This document shows, piece after piece, positions 18,300-24,033 of a stretch of DNA of 24,033 nt. Numbering within the stretch: position 1 is the stretch's first letter; each line of letters begins with the position of its first letter. Source of the DNA: an uncultured bacterium (GTDB lineage: Bacteria; Verrucomicrobiota; Verrucomicrobiia; Limisphaerales; UBA8199); contig CAVVMW010000011.1 of the NCBI GenBank assembly GCA_963749495.1, positions 1 through 24,033 on the forward strand. The letters are read 5' to 3'. A model generated the notes under the pieces. The model did no database searches. It saw only the letters and a list, made by a program, of their open reading frames with translations, and was not told the origin of the DNA. The translations under genes were made by a program, and so were the position numbers.

Positions 18300-18746
18300 C
18301 GGATATGCCTGGCGTACATCGTCGTAGGTCGCATGCGGATCGGTGCGGGCGATGACCACCATGCCGAGCTTGCGGCAGCCAACGACCAGCTCGCCAAAGA
18401 CATCCCGGTCCCCCAACCACTGACTGCGATGGTGGAAAGGAATCTGAGTGGGATAATAGGCGACGCACCCGCCGGCGCTGAGGCAGACGGCGTCGGAGCG
18501 CGTGCGCCGGAAGTAATCCAGCCAGAAAGCCAGGTCGAATTTGCCGGGGTCGTCCTCGACCAAAGTGAGCTGTGCCCAGCGCATGGGTCGGTCCACCCAC
18601 CTCGGTTTGGGCGGGGTCAGCACGGGTTCTGCTGCAGCCCCGCGCAACGGCCACGAAAACTTGCCACCGGCCACGGCAACGGCAGCGCCGGCACCACAGG
18701 TTGTTTTCACGAACCTTCGGCGGCTCAGGAGAACTCGCGGGTTCAT
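18300..18746 (-). pseudogene. 3'-truncated Tat-exported GHL6 (hypothetical glycosyl hydrolase 6) family gene
   Basis: Tat motif SRRRFVK; PMRWAQLTLVEDDPG, WLDYFRRTRSDAVCLSAGGCVAYYPT, DVFGELVVGCRKLGMVVIARTDPH. Similarity stops at QAYP; the ORF then runs through unrelated DNA and stops inside the IS IR (18039). Confidence 0.75.
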
Positions 18747-21111
18747 GGCTGCTTTCGTTGCTTCGCGACGGCGTTGCGATAGTAGCTGTCATCGTGCTTC
18801 TGTTTCCAACCGTCGGTGGGCGCGTGGGAGAGCGGGCGGTATTGATTCCACAGTTGCTTGATCCAGGGCCGGTCGGCATAGCCCTCGTGGAACCAGTCTT
18901 TGGTTTCGTCCAGGTAATCATTTGGGTCGTAGGGCGGGCGGCAGTGTTTGGCAATTTCGACCCGGAAAGGCTTGTCGTCCTCGTACATCCAGCGGTCGAC
19001 GTAATCAAAGAAGGCGTCGTGGTGCCAGGCCCCCTCGAACCGCATCGCCCGCAGGACGAGGGCCTGGGCGACGAAGCAGGTCGAGGTGTTTGCCCGGCGA
19101 TAGGCCTCGCTGCGGAACTCTTCGGGGACCCATTTATCGGGAGGCAGATGTTCGTAGGGACCCCAGGGATTGCCCGCCCTGACGAAGTCGCGCCCGATGC
19201 CGGTGACCTGGTCGATGCCCGAATGGCCGGTGAAGACGACCTTGGCGCCGGTCCAGCAATCGCCGTAGGCAGTCTGTTCGTCTTCGCCGAAGTGGGCCTG
19301 GGGAAAGCTCCGGTTGACGTTGGCCATGGCCTCGTCGCCGAGCATGGCGCCGGCGAAGACGATGGGGAACTTGCGTCCGGACCCGTGGCCGCCGTGGGCG
19401 GCCCAGCCGGGATGGCCGTGGCGCACCAGGCTGTAATGGTCGATGCCGATCTGAACGACGTTGATCAGCAGGAGTTCCTTGTCCTCGGGCCGGTGCCGGC
19501 GCAGCAGGCCAGGAGGACGGCGTCGGCAAGGACTTGGGCATACGCCTGGGCGTAATTGGGCATGCTCTCCTGGGGCACGTCGAAGGAGAAGAAACCCGCG
19601 TCGCACCAGGGCCGCTGGATGAGTTCGGCGAACCTGGCGGGGTCCGGAGCTTCCTTGGGCTGGTCGAAGCGCGGCAGCAGTTCGCGTTTAAGGTGGCGGG
19701 CCAGAAAAATCCCGGGGTCGTGGCCACAATAGCCTGGACGAAAGGCATCGGCCGGCAGCGGCTCCGCGACGCAGGTGAGCACAGCGACAACCTTGACTGG
19801 GCTGTTGTCGCCCTCGCCGCGCACCGTCCCGGGGTGATAGGTATAGGTCACCTTTTCGCCCCGGCGGAGGCTGATGCTGGAGGCGAGGCTGTCGCCCGGC
19901 TGCATAGCAATGGGCAGGCGCGCCCGATGCTCGGGATGATAATAATTCAGGACGCCGGAATCCCAGGCCACCTCCAGCCGCGCTGGCGCGTTGAGCATCG
20001 AGCCGTTCCGACAACGTTGTTCGAGAGGGACCTTCTCGCGGCCATCGAGCTCATCGTCGGTGACCTCGCTGCCATAGCGCGGCGCCGGGTCAATCCTGAT
20101 CACATTCACCGGCCCGACCACGTACCAGTCGCCGTTGATAAACTGTCCCACGCGGGCCGGTTTTTCGAAGGTCCACGTGATGCCGTATTGCGACACGGCT
20201 GTTTTCAGCGGCAAGGCTTCCGAACTCGGTTGCGCCAAGTCCTTTCTCAACTGTTCCAGGCCGCGCAGGTTCTGGCCCAGCGTAACCTCCGCATCGCCGC
20301 CTTGCTCGGCGATGAGGCCGATGGGGCCGCGCCAACCGCTTTGTTGGATCGTCCGCAACATCGCCAGCTCGTGGTCACCTTGCGACGGCGGGATCAGGCG
20401 CTCATCGGCCACCATACCGGTCACGTTCACCGCCACGACGTACCGCTGGATGCGCTTCCAGATGGCCGGGAAATTCGCAACGTCCGCGTGACCGTGGCTG
20501 AAGTTGTACACCATCCCCACGCCGCCTACGTCGAGCTGTTTCAGGCGCTCGATGACGGCGGCTTCGTTGTCCGGTTGGCCGAACCAACCATTGTGGTTGT
20601 ACAGCTCGACGGGGCAACCGTAAGGCGCGGCCAGCTCCACGATTTTGCGAATCCGCTCCGCCTCCTGCCCGATCCGCTGTCGTTGCTCCGCGTCTGTTTT
20701 GGTGGGACTGCCGGAGCCCATGACCCACAACTGGGGATGGATGGTATGACGCTTGATCACTTCAAGGATAAGGCGCGCGTTCGGGTCCCCGGCCTCCGTC
20801 GGGAACCACCAGGCCACCAGGTTGATGCCGTGTTTCTTGAGCGCCTCGATCTCGGCGTCAAACGTCGGCACATGCTCGGCACGCCAATCGTAGGCGAAAC
20901 TCCTGAAGCCGAGCCGCTGCAGCATCTCGGCCCGCTGCTCGGGCCCGCGCTTGCGGGCATCGAATGGCACCACGCACCAGGCCGTGAGGTTTTGGGGATC
21001 GAGGAGGTCCGGCAGGCCGGCTGAGTCAGCCGGAGCGCCAACCGGCGCGGCCGGAGCCTGGATGGCTACAACGACAAGGCAGGCCGCGGACAGGAGAAGA
21101 TATGGTTTCAT
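18743..21111 (-). CDS. Secreted two-domain protein: xylose-isomerase/AP-endonuclease-2-like TIM barrel plus large domain of unknown function, ~789 aa, one -1 frameshift at ~19485-19490
   Basis: SD GAGGTG before ATG 21111; signal peptide; AWCVVPFDARKRGPEQRAEML...LYNHNGWFG...YNFSHGH; then SQYGITWTF...VGQFINGDWYVVGPV...NGSMLN. Continues in ORF 18743-19606 (QIGID, GGHGSGRKFPI, AYRRANTS, AFFDYVDRWM). The stop overlaps the next ATG (ATGA). Confidence 0.72.
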
Positions 21112-21224
21112 TTCACCTCAGACACGCTCTCAGGTTCATGAGATATGCGTTTTATGATAGTTCGCGACCATTGAACAGACATTTCAGTGACGCTTCCCCT
21201 TCCGAGAGCACGGTGATCGCCCCC

Positions 21225-23881
21225 TTAATTCGCGGCCGGCGTCAATTCAACGAACTCGACGGCGCCGGGCCCCAATTCCACATCGACAACGGCCGGATTA
21301 TCGTGGGTCCTCAAAGCGCGCCATTCCCGGGCGGACTGGCAAGGCATCTGCGGTCTCACACGCACGCGAGCGACGGCGGCGGCGTCTGTCACCGCCGGCT
21401 CGCCCGGTTTCTTGGTCACTCCCGCATTGTTGACGAGCTCGATCACCCATCCGTGTGGAGTTCGGTTGATCTGGAACTGGACCGGGTCGCCCGACACCTC
21501 GACGGGAAGATGCTGCTGCACCAGGCTCCGGAGCCGGTCGTTCGAGACGGCGGCGGGCCGGCGCGTTACCGGGTTGGTCCACGGTTCGAGCACTTCCACA
21601 GCCCCTTGGCCACTGAGACGGCGAAACTCGGCTGCGCCCAAGACCTCGCGATGGCGGGGCGACAAGAGGAGCCGGCTGCCTCGGCGAAGAGCATTATCCA
21701 ACTCGCTTAAGAAGGCCGTGTCGAATTCGATGTCCCCCGCCAGCAGTATCACCGGGTAGCTCGCCAGGATCCCCGGCGGAACACTGGTGAGCAGGACATC
21801 GAACACCTCACCGTAGGGTGTTGGCCGCAGGTAACTGAATTCAGGGTTGTTGGGGAACGGGTTGGTGTGAATGTGGTCGCTGCCTGGGAATAATTGGAAG
21901 TCGAACAAGTCGCAGACCTCCCGGTCGCCTGCCGTGGGCTCGAGGATGCCCCACGGTTTGTCCATATAAGCGTTGTAGCCGGCCAAGTGGTCCAGGACTA
22001 TGGCGATCGGCATATAAGGCACGCCCCGGTCGTGGTGGCGCATAAAGTCGAAGACCTCGACGGCCTTGCGGCCATGCGAGGTCAGCGTCCATGGCGGCTC
22101 AGGCTTTTCGAAGAAGCTCGCGATGCTGTTCTCCGGGGTGACCATGGCGGCCCCGGCAAACCAGCCGTGCAACCACATTCGCTCGTAAAAGCTCAGCGAA
22201 TGGCCCGCGTCCAGGCCGCGGGCGCCGCCGCCTTCGTTCCGCAACGGGCCGCTGGTCGTGCAGGCCCCGGAAAGCCACGGGCTTACCTGCACGGACCAGG
22301 GCTTCTGCCATTGCCGGGAGGCGCCGCGGGCAAACGCGAGTTTCGACTGGGTGAAGGCAATGTTCTCGCCCACCTCCAACCCGATGCACCGGGCGCCCCA
22401 TTCTCCGGCATAGGCTTCGTAATGCGAATGGCCCGTCACGCTGATCACCCGCCCCAAAAGGTCGCGCTGCCGGCTCTGGAAATAATCCCGCATCACCTCG
22501 TAGCACTCCCTGCGACCGGCGGGGCGGCGGTCGTAGCCGGCCAGGCCCTTGGGTTTCATCAGGTGCTTGAACGCGTCGAAGTCCCGGCCAAAAACCTCGC
22601 GCCACCAGGATTCGTTGTTGGCCAGGTTGTGGAAGTAGTAGCCCCATTCGCCCAGTTGCACCGCGGTAAAGAGCCCCGCCCGATCCATGGCCTCCAGCGA
22701 CGCCAGGTTCTCGGGCCCAGCACGGCATGTCCGCCTTTGATCTGCATTTCGCCGCCGGAATAAGAGACGACCGGCCAGCCCACGGTGGCGAGGTAATCGA
22801 AAATGGGCTTGGAGGCCGGGCCGGTGCCCGGCCCGGGATCGAAGCCGTTGCCGATTCGCCGCTCACGCATCACACCGACCAACTGCCGAAGCGTTTCCAG
22901 GTCACCGGGCGCACCATACATGCTGAAGACGAACTCGTGCTGGCCGGGCAAGAGACGGACCTGCTGAGGGCCTTCGGCGAGCGTCCGAAAGTCCGGAAAC
23001 GGGAGGCTCGCCCCCGGAGCCGTGGGCAGGCCTGGTGATCCGGCGGCCTTCAGGGACTTGGTTTGCACTCCCGCGACGGGCCCCCAAATCGTCTGCATCA
23101 GGTCAAAGATTTCCGGCTCTGCGGTCATGAGTTCGGCGCGGTTGAAGGGGAAGAAGTCGTTCAGGCCGAAGTAGGCCTCGGTCATCTCCGCGAAGAATTC
23201 CTTGTGGTCGGTCAGCGCATAGTGGCGGGTGCGGGTTCCGTCATACAGCAGCGTGCCCTCACCGTGGCCGCTCCGCTTGAAGTCTTCGTAGGCTTTCAGG
23301 ATGCCGGGCTCCTCGAAGCCCAGCACCTGGTCGTGATAGGCATGGGCCAGTTCGTGCAAGACAACCCACGGCTGCTGGTTGATATTCCGCGGCGTGGGCA
23401 AATCGGCGGCCACCGGAACGTGAACGCATTTGGCGAGGTTGGTCGAGTAGCCGTTATCCCGCAGCCACTCGGCGCTGGGGTGATACTGCATCGTGCGCAG
23501 CTTGCCGTGGCTCAGATCGAGCACGATGGTCACCGCCTGGAGCTTTTTCAACGGCTCCGCGGCCATCACCGCCTTGATGTCGGCCAGCCTGGACTGCAGG
23601 AAGCGGAGCGCCCGCGCGCCGATGGCATTGTCGGGAGGGGCCAGCAGCCGATCATCCACTTGAACCGTCCAACCTTCGACATTGCGCACGGTATGCGACA
23701 CCGGCATGGCCGGCTGAGAATCCGGAAGCGCTCGCCCTCCCTCGACAAGCTCGTCTTCGAGGCGGCCGCGCGAAAGATCCTGCTCGCTGAGGTGCGGACG
23801 TTTGTTGCCGGAGCCGGGCTGCGCCAACTCCTGGGCGGCAAGAGCCATGGTGACGAGACAGGCCGCCATGGTGAAGGTCAT
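21225..23881 (-). CDS. Secreted fusion: zincin (HExxH) metallopeptidase domain plus putative glycoside-hydrolase-like module, ~885 aa, one -1 frameshift at ~22712-22718
   Basis: VLHELAHAYH...HYALTDHKEFFAEMTEAYF (ATLF/MtfA-like zincin); Pro/Ala/Gly linker; frames join as HAVLGP|ENLASLEAMDRAG; downstream LGEWGYY, AFARGASRQWQKPW, GHSLSFYERMW, PIAIVLDH, YPVILLAG. Start ATG 23881 or 23869. Confidence 0.72.
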
Positions 23882-24033
23882 CCGGGGCCCGGCAAAAAAA
23901 GAACCGGTTGGGTTCGTCCGCAAGGCACTCAACTGCAGTGTTTGCCGCAAAAGCTCTGATTGAACTGCACTCCTCAATGGCTCTTCCGAGCGCTCCAGGT
24001 CAGCGCAGTGTTTTGACAGCAATAGATCGAAAT

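Noticed and set aside
3861..22718. Programmed ribosomal frameshifting or phase variation as the explanation for the split genes
   Set aside because: No slippery heptamers or long homopolymer/SSR tracts at the sites; mixed +1 and -1 shifts in unrelated enzyme families.
23921..24016. Short recurring AACTGCA / GCAGTGTTT words upstream of the peptidase fusion
   Set aside because: Too short and irregularly spaced to call a repeat array or operator; context is cut by the window edge.
1..24033. CRISPR array, tRNA, rRNA, integrase or reverse transcriptase
   Set aside because: No regularly spaced repeats, cloverleaf or rRNA signatures, or such protein motifs were seen by eye.

Overview
GC-rich bacterial DNA. 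The gene families suggest Verrucomicrobiota or Planctomycetota (inference). It is mostly a cluster of secreted glycan-degradation genes: GH29 alpha-L-fucosidase (runs off the left edge), GH5, two right-handed beta-helix proteins, an S1 sulfatase, a DUF4838 protein, a truncated Tat-exported GHL6 protein and two large two-domain fusion proteins of unknown function, plus a cysteine-synthase-family PLP enzyme. Two interruptions break the cluster. The first is a ~4 kb accessory block (7.6-11.6 kb) with an SplB-like radical SAM gene, an AAA-ATPase tail fragment, a MazE/MazF-type toxin-antitoxin pair with an operator and likely leaderless promoter, and a 5'-truncated IS1182-type element. The second is a complete 1972-bp two-gene IS (16081-18052; 20-bp IRs, 9-bp DR CATGAGGCG). 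It encodes a small Cys/His DUF6788-type protein translationally coupled to a DDE transposase, with a palindrome over the promoter and start codon. Six otherwise intact genes carry seven single-base frameshifts and no in-frame stops once corrected, most likely long-read errors. All family calls come from motif recognition, not database searches.
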